A DNA stretch of 58,749 nucleotides from a virus (lineage: Duplodnaviria; Caudoviricetes), in the IMG/VR virus record IMGVR_UViG_3300037487_001109, positions 1-58,749 of that record; one strand, written 5' to 3'. Below, piece after piece: positions 25,492-33,917 of the stretch (position 1 is the first letter of the stretch; each line of letters opens with the position of its first letter). A program made the position numbers and the translations under genes. A model generated the notes under the pieces. That model did no database searches. It saw nothing but the letters and a program-made list of their open reading frames with translations, and was not told where the DNA came from.

Positions 25492-25763
25492 TGAGCGACT
25501 CAGAGCCGATACGCTGTGGAATTTGCCCCATAACATTTGGTGGCTGGGCACTAGATGCCTGTGCCTGGCACGATGCGGCCTATACACGGGGCTCATGGGC
25601 ACAGAAAAACCTTACAAGAGAAGCTACCGACCTGCACTTCTATAATATGCTATTAGAGCTCTCCAAACGTGGCCGCTGTAGGGCCGGGAAACGTGTGCAG
25701 GCGTGGTTGATGTACCAGACTGTACGCGCTCTGGGTGCCCCTTTCTGGGAAGGCAAAGAATAA
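25491..25763 (+). CDS. Phospholipase A2-like / DUF1353-like protein
   Basis: CG...ACAWHDAAY...REATDLHF...MYQTVRALG. Confidence 0.65.
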   Translation: MSDSEPIRCGICPITFGGWALDACAWHDAAYTRGSWAQKNLTREATDLHFYNMLLELSKRGRCRAGKRVQAWLMYQTVRALGAPFWEGKE

Positions 25764-25775
25764 TAAACAAATAGT

Positions 25776-25816
25776 TTGACATTCATAATGTTTCATTCTA
25801 ATCTTTTAGAATGAAA
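25776..25816 (+). promoter_or_regulatory. Sigma70 promoter overlapped by an 11-bp inverted repeat (operator-like)
   Basis: TTGACA-17-TAATCT; tttcattctaa-tctt-ttagaatgaaa. Confidence 0.7.
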
Positions 25817-25978
25817 AAATTAATAATACTTCCAATCCTTCTTTTTATTAACACCAATGCTTATGCATGGGGCAATTGCGCAGGCGTAATGAAGCCTCTT
25901 TGCATGTGGCCTATGGAAGCTTATTGCGTAGGGGCAGGGCCAGTGCAGCAAGATTATTATATTTGTATGGAGAGGTAA
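25811..25978 (+). CDS. 55-aa secreted Cys-rich peptide
   Basis: MKKLIILPILLFINTNAYA/WGNCAGVMKPLCMWPMEAYCVGAGPVQQDYYICMER; Sec signal with A-x-A site, 4 Cys. Confidence 0.65.
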   Translation: MKKLIILPILLFINTNAYAWGNCAGVMKPLCMWPMEAYCVGAGPVQQDYYICMER

Positions 25979-25979
25979 G

Positions 25980-26291
25980 ATGACGGACATTAAGGATACC
26001 CTTAAAGAGAGGGGCAAATCGTATGCTGAGTTTGAGTTTCAAGCCACCATATCCCAGCAACTAAAGAATGTACTACGTGCCTAAGAGAAGTGGGAGCACC
26101 TTGCAGATGACCAGAAAGAAGCACTTGAAATGGTTGTCCACAAGATTGCCAGAATCCTTAACGGAGACGTTAACTTCAGGGACAGTTGGTATGATCAACT
26201 TGGCTACCTGCAGTTAGTGGTAAACCGAATGGATAGAGATGCTGATCTTCTAAAAGAAGATATAAAGATTACAGACGACATACCCTTCTAA
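25980..26291 (+). pseudogene. DUF6378-like gene interrupted by one in-frame TAA (26082-26084)
   Basis: TLKERGKSY...RA*EKW...EALEMVVHKIARILNGD...DSWYDQLGY; GAGG RBS; stop coupled to the helicase ATG. Confidence 0.75.
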
Positions 26292-28495
26292 TGGAAAAGC
26301 TAATCTACCCACAAGACTGCACCCTCCTGCCCTTTCAAGCAGACTGCATACACAAGATGTTAGCATTCTTGCGGAATGGCGGAGGGTGCTACAATGCCTG
26401 TGAAATGGGGCTCGGGAAGAGTGTGCAGGCTATTGTGGCTATGAATACTATTCTCAGGTACGAGCTCTTACCTAAAATATTGATAGTATGCCCGGCAGTA
26501 ATGAGGCTGGTGTGGAGAGCAGAGTTACAAAAATGGCTTACGTCTCTACATCCAAGCGTACAAGTTCTAACATCTAGTAAACAGCTTAAACAAAAATCAA
26601 TGTGGCATGCTGTAACTATTATCTCATATGACTTAGCTGCAACTGATGAGTTTAAAAAATGGGCTGAACCATCATATGATATGCTTATCATGGATGAAGC
26701 GCATTACTGCGTTGCGGAAGACACACTAATAAACACTCCAGCAGGATTGGTGCCTATAAAAAGTCTAGTAGAGGGGGATATAGTTACAACAATTTCAGAT
26801 AATGGGGCTGACACTGGGCGCATTATACGCAAAATTAAAGGTAATGAAAAAGAGCCCAAAAGAAAAATTACCCTCAGTAACGGCTATACGCTTGAAGGGC
26901 TTGACTGGCACCTTGTTAGAACGCCTTTACAGTGGACCGAACTTGGAAAACTACAAGTATCCGATCCAGTGTCCGTGGTGCAAAAAGGTTTGGGACGCAC
27001 GCTACCCATCATGGGTAATGTGGAGAACTTTCTGCAGCGGCAGATGTGCAAAGCTAAACCATTGTCACAACGGTGGGTGGTCAGATCATATGCGAAAAAA
27101 GAACCCTATGAAGATTCCTGCGGCAAGAATGAAGATGCGGGCCACACTGAAACGTATAGGACACAAACCTCCACTACAGGGCGGGAACGGCAAGAAAGCA
27201 CCATTGGCACAGGTAAAATTAAAGCAATTATGCAAATTGGTATTTCCGCAGTATCAGGTAGTGTTAGAGTATGCAGTTGGGCTAGGATGCAAGCAGCCCG
27301 GATTTCCTACAGCGTACAAACTAGATGTGGGTATACCAGAATTAAAACTAGGGGTAGAGGCAGACGGGTATTCTCATCAAAGCCTAGTCAGGAAACAACA
27401 AGATTTGAAGAAAGACAAGAAATTGAAACAGCTAGGGTGGAGAATATTGAGATTTACGAACACGGAGATACTGGAGAAGCCGGCAAATGTTATTACGACC
27501 TTGAGCTCGATAGACACCACAACTATATAGCTAACGGTATTATAGTACATAATTGTAAGTCCCCCAAAGCTAAGCGTACCAAAGCTATCCTAAAACACAT
27601 CTGGCCTAGAGCAGTATTTAAAATCTGCCTCTCCGGCACACCCTTCACTAATAACGTCATAGATGGTTACACATTATTTAATAAACTCGCCCCATATGAC
27701 TTTCCTGATTTCTGGTCATTTGCTAACACCTATTCACATAGAAAGAACAACGGGTTTGGTATTACGTGGGAAGGGTTAAAGAATGCTGATAAACTACGTG
27801 CTATAATTAATAATAATTTCTTTTTACGTAAGACAAAAGCACAGGTGCTCCCAGAACTCCCGCCCAAAGTCTACCAGAAAATAACGCTTGATGAGTCCTA
27901 TGCACACAAACTCACTAAAGAGCAGGAAGCTGAATACGAGAGATACTACCAGGACCTGAAACGCCTGCTTGCCGGTAAAGAAACTACACGCATCCCGCCT
28001 CCTCCAGTATCCATTATGACAGTGCGTAGGGAGCAGGGGTTAAAAAAAGTTAAGCCTATTATCGAATTTGTTAAAAATATGCTTGAACAAAATGTCCCTG
28101 TTGTGCTATTTGGAATTTTCAGGGATGTGCTTACTGAATTTGAAGAGACTTTTAAATCCTATAAACCAGCAGTTATTCACGGCGACGTATCAGCAAAAAA
28201 AAGGCAAGAAGAAATTGAAAGATTTCAAGCCGGAGACACTGATTTATTTATTGGACAGCTTACAGCCGCAGGAGTTGGAATTACTCTCACTAGAGCTTCG
28301 GATGTTGTACTGGCGGAATTGTCCTATAGCCCTGCGGAGATATCACAAGCCGTGGACAGAACGCATAGAATATCTCAGAAAAACTCTGTCACCGTCCACT
28401 ACTTCGCGGTCGAAAACTCGGTTGACGAAAAAATAATTGATATTGTTATGGATAAAGCAAAGATATTTTCAGAGATTTTAAAAGAGGAGAAGTGA
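26291..28495 (+). CDS. SNF2-family helicase containing an intein
   Basis: EMGLGKS, DEAH, LSGTP, GVGITLT, QAVDRTHRI. Confidence 0.92.
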   Translation: MEKLIYPQDCTLLPFQADCIHKMLAFLRNGGGCYNACEMGLGKSVQAIVAMNTILRYELLPKILIVCPAVMRLVWRAELQKWLTSLHPSVQVLTSSKQLKQKSMWHAVTIISYDLAATDEFKKWAEPSYDMLIMDEAHYCVAEDTLINTPAGLVPIKSLVEGDIVTTISDNGADTGRIIRKIKGNEKEPKRKITLSNGYTLEGLDWHLVRTPLQWTELGKLQVSDPVSVVQKGLGRTLPIMGNVENFLQRQMCKAKPLSQRWVVRSYAKKEPYEDSCGKNEDAGHTETYRTQTSTTGRERQESTIGTGKIKAIMQIGISAVSGSVRVCSWARMQAARISYSVQTRCGYTRIKTRGRGRRVFSSKPSQETTRFEERQEIETARVENIEIYEHGDTGEAGKCYYDLELDRHHNYIANGIIVHNCKSPKAKRTKAILKHIWPRAVFKICLSGTPFTNNVIDGYTLFNKLAPYDFPDFWSFANTYSHRKNNGFGITWEGLKNADKLRAIINNNFFLRKTKAQVLPELPPKVYQKITLDESYAHKLTKEQEAEYERYYQDLKRLLAGKETTRIPPPPVSIMTVRREQGLKKVKPIIEFVKNMLEQNVPVVLFGIFRDVLTEFEETFKSYKPAVIHGDVSAKKRQEEIERFQAGDTDLFIGQLTAAGVGITLTRASDVVLAELSYSPAEISQAVDRTHRISQKNSVTVHYFAVENSVDEKIIDIVMDKAKIFSEILKEEK
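26708..27553 (+). mobile_element. Intein (282 aa) in helicase motif II
   Basis: DEAHY|CVAEDTLINTP...YYDLELDRHHNYIANGIIVHN|CKSPKAKRT. Confidence 0.92.
26802..27530 (+). CDS. DUF559/Vsr-like PD-(D/E)xK endonuclease with Zn finger, nested in the +1 frame of the intein
   Basis: CPWC...FCSGRC; NPMK; YKLDVGIPELKLGVEADGYSH...QQDLKKDKKLKQLGWRILRFTN; true start uncertain. Confidence 0.82.
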   Translation: MGLTLGALYAKLKVMKKSPKEKLPSVTAIRLKGLTGTLLERLYSGPNLENYKYPIQCPWCKKVWDARYPSWVMWRTFCSGRCAKLNHCHNGGWSDHMRKKNPMKIPAARMKMRATLKRIGHKPPLQGGNGKKAPLAQVKLKQLCKLVFPQYQVVLEYAVGLGCKQPGFPTAYKLDVGIPELKLGVEADGYSHQSLVRKQQDLKKDKKLKQLGWRILRFTNTEILEKPANVITTLSSIDTTTI

Positions 28496-28725
28496 CTATG
28501 GGCACCGCATGCAACGTCTCAGAATGTGCTAGGCTCTTTGAGAAGAAACTTAAAGATCGGTTAAATGTTTTAGCTAAAGACGCAACTGATGTCTTTGTAG
28601 AAGAGTTAAAAGAGATGTTGATGGGTAACGCTATGGAGTTTGCTAGCGGTATTACATTTGAATATGAATCACAGATAACTCATAGCGATGTACATTTAGT
28701 TTTAAGGTTTCCAAATGACAAATAA
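28492..28725 (+). CDS. Hypothetical protein
   Basis: Coupled to the helicase, GAGGAG RBS. Confidence 0.55.
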   Translation: MTMGTACNVSECARLFEKKLKDRLNVLAKDATDVFVEELKEMLMGNAMEFASGITFEYESQITHSDVHLVLRFPNDK

Positions 28726-29938
28726 TAAAGAATTGAATCACAAAGAAAGAGCCCACGCCCCATTTGGTGGCTCAGTAGCAGCACGCAGGATTAACTGTAC
28801 CGGCAGTTACTTCCTGGAGTCCCAGCTCCCCCCACAGCCAGCTTCCGCTGCAGCTGACGAAGGCACTGAAGCACATGAATGTGTGGAGTGGGCACTTGCA
28901 GATTTCCTCTATCGCAAAATCGAAGGTGAGGGTATAGATTTAGTAAAGCCAGTACACTTTAACAAGTACGCGCAGTTCGCGGAGGATTATGTCGACACCG
29001 TATGGACAAAGGCACTTCATAGCTCTATTACAGGAAAGTCGTATGCTATCGAGACGATTGTTACTATTAATGAGTCTCTGGGTATGTACGGGCCTTGTGA
29101 TTTTGCTTGCGTTTACTCAGACGAGCGAGGCCGTAGTTGTGCTATTGTTATCGACTATAAACATGGCTACAACTTTGTTCCTGTTGAAAAAAACGACCAG
29201 CTTGCACATTATGCTTGCGGATTACGCGAAGATGTACGCAGAGCTGGCAAAGACCTCGAGTACATACGAGCTGCAATTTACCAACCTCGCGCAGGTGGTG
29301 AAACATATAGAGAGGTTACTTTCACCGCAAAGTTTCTGGACAGCTGGAAAAAGCGTGCAATCAAAGCCGCCGAACAAATTTTCGTTAGTAAAAAAGCGAA
29401 GTTCAAGTGCGGAGAATGGTGTAAATTCTGCAGAGCCAAGCCAGTCTGTAAAGCGTATGCTAAGCAACGAACGATAGAGACCCAGCTTAACCTCGTTGAC
29501 CACGCTACAATTGAACTGCCAAAAGTTGATATGCTCTCCCCAGAGCACATAGTTAAACTGGTGCTGCATGGGGATAAGCTTATAGACCTTGTTGAAACTG
29601 CAAAGAAGATAGCCTTTGATGGCTGTGCGGCCAACGGCGAGTTTCACGGTTTAAAACTCGTTGAGGGTCGTGGTAAACGTGGCTGGGATAAGGGCCAAGA
29701 TGAAGACGAGATTGCCACCCAGATGAAGCAGCACGGTATCAAGACCCCCTATAAAGAATCTCTCCGTGGTATTACGGAAATTGAAAAGGAGCTTAAAAAG
29801 TTAAAGCCTGAAGCACAGGCCAAAGAGCTCATGGACTGCTGGACTACAAAGTCAGTCCCCAAAATTCTAGTTGATTCGACTGACCCGAGACCGGCTGTTG
29901 CCTGTGCTAAGGATATGCTTGAAGCAATTGGAGATTAA
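28715..29938 (+). CDS. Cas4-like PD-(D/E)xK nuclease (DUF2800 family)
   Basis: HAPFGGS..RRINC, EGTEAHE, GPCDF, IDYKHG, QLAHYA, WCKFCRAKPVC. Confidence 0.85.
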   Translation: MTNNKELNHKERAHAPFGGSVAARRINCTGSYFLESQLPPQPASAAADEGTEAHECVEWALADFLYRKIEGEGIDLVKPVHFNKYAQFAEDYVDTVWTKALHSSITGKSYAIETIVTINESLGMYGPCDFACVYSDERGRSCAIVIDYKHGYNFVPVEKNDQLAHYACGLREDVRRAGKDLEYIRAAIYQPRAGGETYREVTFTAKFLDSWKKRAIKAAEQIFVSKKAKFKCGEWCKFCRAKPVCKAYAKQRTIETQLNLVDHATIELPKVDMLSPEHIVKLVLHGDKLIDLVETAKKIAFDGCAANGEFHGLKLVEGRGKRGWDKGQDEDEIATQMKQHGIKTPYKESLRGITEIEKELKKLKPEAQAKELMDCWTTKSVPKILVDSTDPRPAVACAKDMLEAIGD

Positions 29939-29964
29939 AAACATTAAATAAAAAGTAAAATAAA

Positions 29965-30657
29965 ATGGCTGAAAAGATAAGCAAACATAAAACATACGGA
30001 TTCGTGTACGGAATTTCCAACAAAACCCCGCTGGGCAGACTGGCATGGGTTAATCTGGTTACTCCAAAAGAATCTACTTTCCCAGTTAAAGAGGGCGATA
30101 AGGTTCCGGCACCACGCTATGAACTTACCCTGCTACTTAAGAAGAGTGACCCAAAGGTAAAGGCCTTTGTTGCAGAACTCGAGCTACAGAAAAAAGAAAT
30201 GGTTGAGCTCTTTAATGAAGGCAAGAAAACAAAGATTGGTATAGACGAAGTTATTAAGGATGGGGATGAGATGGATACAGACTCCTATCCTTTCTATGCT
30301 GGTAACTACTACATGGTGCCAAAGAAAGAACAGCGCCCTCCTATCTATGACTCAAATGTAGAGCCAATAGAACCCGGAGCTGTCATAGGCGGTATGCCTG
30401 GACTTTGTGTAGTTCGTCCAATCTGCACCTCTCATGGTATCAGCTACCAGCTGCTTACTGTGCAGCTTGGGAAAGATGATGGCGTGAGATTTGGCGGAGG
30501 AAAGTCTGACGCTAAAGCACTATTAACCGCATTAGGAGATGAAGATGATGCACCATTTGATGAATCTGCTGAAGAGACTCCTGTTAAAACTAAAGATGTT
30601 GTAGCCGGAAAAGCTAAAGCACAAAAAGGTCAGCTTAATTTAGATAAGTTGGCATAA
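29965..30657 (+). CDS. Single-stranded DNA-binding protein (DUF2815/T7 gp2.5-like)
   Basis: GRLAWVNL, IKDGD, VQLGKDDGVRFGGG, acidic tail; between the DUF2800 nuclease and PolA. Confidence 0.78.
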   Translation: MAEKISKHKTYGFVYGISNKTPLGRLAWVNLVTPKESTFPVKEGDKVPAPRYELTLLLKKSDPKVKAFVAELELQKKEMVELFNEGKKTKIGIDEVIKDGDEMDTDSYPFYAGNYYMVPKKEQRPPIYDSNVEPIEPGAVIGGMPGLCVVRPICTSHGISYQLLTVQLGKDDGVRFGGGKSDAKALLTALGDEDDAPFDESAEETPVKTKDVVAGKAKAQKGQLNLDKLA

Positions 30658-30664
30658 ACAAGTT

Positions 30665-30746
30665 TTCGTATTTTCACTCCAATTTTAATACGAGCGTCTT
30701 ACTAGGACGTTAAAACGGTTGGCTTAGCGGTAAAAGTAACCGCCCT
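30665..30746 (+). ncRNA. Structured intergenic RNA; first loop is anti-RBS TTCACTCCAATTTT
   Basis: ttcgtatt-[ttcactccaatttt]-aatacgag, then cgtctt/aggacg and gcggt/accgc hairpins. Confidence 0.4.
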
Positions 30747-30759
30747 TTTATCCCTCTTT

Positions 30760-33531
30760 ATGCAGCAAAAATCTTTCAACATAGATTTCCAAGCCACCCC
30801 CTTTACCGTCCACTATATTCAAGAACCATCCATGGCGAAAATCGCCATAGACCACTTGATGAAAAAGGATGTACTGTTTGCAATCGATATAGAAACAATG
30901 GCGTTGCCGCAATTCCGCACTATCAATAAGGCAGGCCTGTCCCCGCACCTATCTAAAGTAAGGTTGTTACAGGTTTTTGATGGCACCAACATTTGCGTCT
31001 TTGATTTGAACTGGTTTCCAGAAGCATCACTTCAGATGTTTGTGCCATTCTTATCTAGTAAACGCTTCGTAGCGCACTATGCTCTGTTTGAACTTCAAAG
31101 GTTTATGCAGTGGGGAGTAGTCGATATGAACATCCACTGCACCTTGTTACTGGCAAAGCTTATGTATCATGCGGTGGTGCCAGATGACGCAGGTATCTCA
31201 GTAAGCCTTGATTCTCTGGCTAAAGAACTTCTAAGTATTGACCTTCCAAAAGCCTGCCAAGTCTCAGACTGGGGTGTGGAGGATTTAACATATGAACAGA
31301 TTGAATATGCAGCTCTTGATACTGTTGTCTGTCTAAAGCTTGCTGAGAAACTTGTTAAAGGGTTAGACAAGTATGGGCTACACAGAATCTATAAGCTCAC
31401 AAAAGATGCCCAGCACCCAATTGCCGTAATGCAATTAAATGGGTTTAAGCTTGACGTTGAGGCCCATAGAGAGCTTATCCCACAGTGGATTGAAGATCTC
31501 GTGCCTGCCAAAAGAAAGGTACAAAAGATTACAGGTATTCAAAGTTTAACAGCGCCTAAGTTAGGTTTATGGTTAGAACAAAACCTTGACCCGGCTACAC
31601 TTGCCATGTGGCCGCGCACCGATAGTGGAAAGATGTCTACGTCTGCTGACACCTTTGCAGACTTCTCGTACCACGAGATAGTTAAACCGTTTTTAGAATA
31701 CCAAAAGCGTGCGACTCTTTGTTCAACGTTTGGGCAGACTTTAATTAATCAGGTTAATCCTATGACGCGTAGGTTACACCCTACATTTAAACTGTTAGGT
31801 GCTAGGACAGGCAGGCTTAGCTCCTCTGAACCTAATTGTTTTGACGCGGATACTGAGATTCTGACAGATACTGGTTGGATTAAATTTCCAGAAATTACAC
31901 CTGCATCTAGGGTGGCCCAGTGGGATGATGGTATAATAACATTTACCTATCCTCTTAACGTAATTAAACAAGCGTATACTGGGGATTTAGTAGTACTTAA
32001 AAATCAGCACATAGATATGGTATGTACTGCTGAACACAGGTGCTTGTTACAGAATAGACGTAGTAAAAAATACTCTGTTGTAAAGGCTATAGACTATCTA
32101 CTGGATGCTAAGCAATTACATGCTGGAGTTTACGGTGATATGCCTAAACTAGACACCAGCTTCCTCACAACTGCACAGATACAGTTACTTGTAGCTACGC
32201 AAGCTGACGCCCATTTTCGGGATGGTGGTATAGAGTTTAGATTTAGAAAGAAAAGAAAGAGCGATAGACTACTGCGGATACTTAAAGCTTTGAACGCTAA
32301 GTATACAACTGGAAAACGTGCAGATAAGGCCTACTCTTATAGGATATATAAATCAGACTTAGTTACATGGATTCGTAGTATACTAACTGATAAAAAGATA
32401 TTCGGTAAGTGGGTTCTGGATTTTAGCTATGAGCAATTACGTATATTCTGTAATGAGTTATTTTACTGGGATGGGCTGGTAGTAAGGCGTTCTAATTACG
32501 CATCCTCTATAGAGACAAACGCAGATTGGGCACAGATTGCATTAACTTTATGCGGGTATAGAGCTAAAAAGAGAATCTATAAATACGGCCCAGACAAGAC
32601 CAGTAATAGCTATCAACTTGATATTACACATAGAGATTATTCAGGAACAGCAAACGTAAGTAAGTCTATAATACCAGTTAAAAATCAGGAGGTTTATTGT
32701 GTCGAAGTACCGTCATCATACATTGTTATCCGTAGGAATGGTTGTACAGCTATTACCGGTAACTGTCAGAATATGCCTAGAAACAATGAAATTCGTAATA
32801 ATTTCATTGCTGAAGAAGGATGCGTATTCTTGTGCGCTGACTATTCGCAGATTGAGCTTCGTATTGCAGCTGAAATTAGCGGTGATAAACAAATGCTTAG
32901 CGCCTATAGAGAAGGCACAGACCTCCACGCCCTCACAGCAAGCAGAGTTCTTAACAAAGCAATCAAAGATGTTACAAAAAAAGAGCGACAAATCGGGAAA
33001 GCTCTCGGACTTGGGCTACTATACGGACTTGGGGCTAGGAAGTTCAGCCACTATGTCAAAAAAGGCTATGCTAGAGATGGGGTTAGTGTATCCGAATCAG
33101 AAGCCTTCGACTACATTGAGAGATACCGCGAAACCTATCATGGACTCAGAGACTGGCAAATCAACCAAGCCGAACGTTGTAAAACTAGTCTCCGCGCAAC
33201 TACTCCATGCGGTAAAATTAGAAAACTTAATGAGCTCAACTACTACGGTGGAGGGCTTAATGTCCCTATCCAAGGGGCGGCTGCTGAAGTAATGCTGTAT
33301 GCTCTGGTAAAGCTTGAAAAGGCTTTCCGGGGCATCGGTAAGCTAGTAAATTGCGTACACGATGAAGTGCTGATTGAGGTAAAACCATCTTCAAAGGATT
33401 TAGATTTACTAAACTGTAGGCTTATGATGCAGGACTGTATGACTGAAGCCTACCTAGAGGTATTCCCAAAGGGGATTACTAAGAATTTAGTAGAGGCCTC
33501 AGAAGGCAAAACATGGGCTACGGCAAAATAG
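30760..33531 (+). CDS. polA: Family A DNA polymerase with 3'-5' exonuclease and intein
   Basis: AIDIET, YAALD, TGRLSSSEPN, ADYSQIELR, K..L.L.YG, VHDE. Confidence 0.95.
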   Translation: MQQKSFNIDFQATPFTVHYIQEPSMAKIAIDHLMKKDVLFAIDIETMALPQFRTINKAGLSPHLSKVRLLQVFDGTNICVFDLNWFPEASLQMFVPFLSSKRFVAHYALFELQRFMQWGVVDMNIHCTLLLAKLMYHAVVPDDAGISVSLDSLAKELLSIDLPKACQVSDWGVEDLTYEQIEYAALDTVVCLKLAEKLVKGLDKYGLHRIYKLTKDAQHPIAVMQLNGFKLDVEAHRELIPQWIEDLVPAKRKVQKITGIQSLTAPKLGLWLEQNLDPATLAMWPRTDSGKMSTSADTFADFSYHEIVKPFLEYQKRATLCSTFGQTLINQVNPMTRRLHPTFKLLGARTGRLSSSEPNCFDADTEILTDTGWIKFPEITPASRVAQWDDGIITFTYPLNVIKQAYTGDLVVLKNQHIDMVCTAEHRCLLQNRRSKKYSVVKAIDYLLDAKQLHAGVYGDMPKLDTSFLTTAQIQLLVATQADAHFRDGGIEFRFRKKRKSDRLLRILKALNAKYTTGKRADKAYSYRIYKSDLVTWIRSILTDKKIFGKWVLDFSYEQLRIFCNELFYWDGLVVRRSNYASSIETNADWAQIALTLCGYRAKKRIYKYGPDKTSNSYQLDITHRDYSGTANVSKSIIPVKNQEVYCVEVPSSYIVIRRNGCTAITGNCQNMPRNNEIRNNFIAEEGCVFLCADYSQIELRIAAEISGDKQMLSAYREGTDLHALTASRVLNKAIKDVTKKERQIGKALGLGLLYGLGARKFSHYVKKGYARDGVSVSESEAFDYIERYRETYHGLRDWQINQAERCKTSLRATTPCGKIRKLNELNYYGGGLNVPIQGAAAEVMLYALVKLEKAFRGIGKLVNCVHDEVLIEVKPSSKDLDLLNCRLMMQDCMTEAYLEVFPKGITKNLVEASEGKTWATAK
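31837..32763 (+). mobile_element. Intein (309 aa) with LAGLIDADG-type endonuclease
   Basis: SEPN|CFDADTEILT...VYCVEVPSSYIVIRRNG..AITGN|CQNMPR; LLVATQADA and ELFYWDG blocks. Confidence 0.92.
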
Positions 33532-33535
33532 ACTA

Positions 33536-33563
33536 TTGACCTTCTCGAACATATTGTTATTAT
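33536..33563 (+). promoter_or_regulatory. Sigma70-like promoter, leaderless-type
   Basis: TTGACC-16-TATTAT with extended TG, 7 nt before ATG 33571. Confidence 0.55.
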
Positions 33564-33570
33564 GGCGAAT

Positions 33571-33909
33571 ATGAAATTACACCAAGGCCCCAGACTACAG
33601 AAGTTACCTACTGGGCAGCATGTATTGCTGAATGAATTGTGGAAGAAATTTGGAGGTATGCGCCCAGCATCCAAACGGATTGGCGTGCCTGAATATCTTC
33701 TTAATATGTGGAGAAAAAGAGGAGCTGTGCCCCTGACTAAATGCAGGGTTGTTTCTGAAGCCCTGGATGTTCCACTATATGCACTTAACTTTAGAGATAT
33801 GACTGACCTTACTGGTGACTACCCTGGAGGGTGGGCTTATGCAGTAGAAAGCTGTGGTTTTTCTAAAGAGATAGTAACTAAAATTTTAAAGGCAAAAGAG
33901 CCAAAATAA
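33571..33909 (+). CDS. Cro-like HTH DNA-binding protein
   Basis: KKFGGMRPASKRIGVPEYLLNMWRKRGAVP; start may instead be 33562. Confidence 0.6.
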   Translation: MKLHQGPRLQKLPTGQHVLLNELWKKFGGMRPASKRIGVPEYLLNMWRKRGAVPLTKCRVVSEALDVPLYALNFRDMTDLTGDYPGGWAYAVESCGFSKEIVTKILKAKEPK

Positions 33910-33917
33910 GGAAATAT

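Noticed and set aside
25980-26291. Genome-wide stop codon reassignment
   Set aside because: All large genes are intact in the standard code, TAA/TAG/TGA are all used as stops, and no suppressor tRNA was seen
28715-29938. cas4 of a CRISPR-Cas system
   Set aside because: Sits in the usual phage nuclease-SSB-PolA replication module; no other cas genes
30695-30750. tRNA or known riboswitch
   Set aside because: No cloverleaf, T-loop or aptamer consensus recognisable
28068-33292. Same-strand alternate-frame ORFs 28068..28436, 28989..29477 and 32699..33292
   Set aside because: Unlike the intein-nested ORF, they show no recognisable domain
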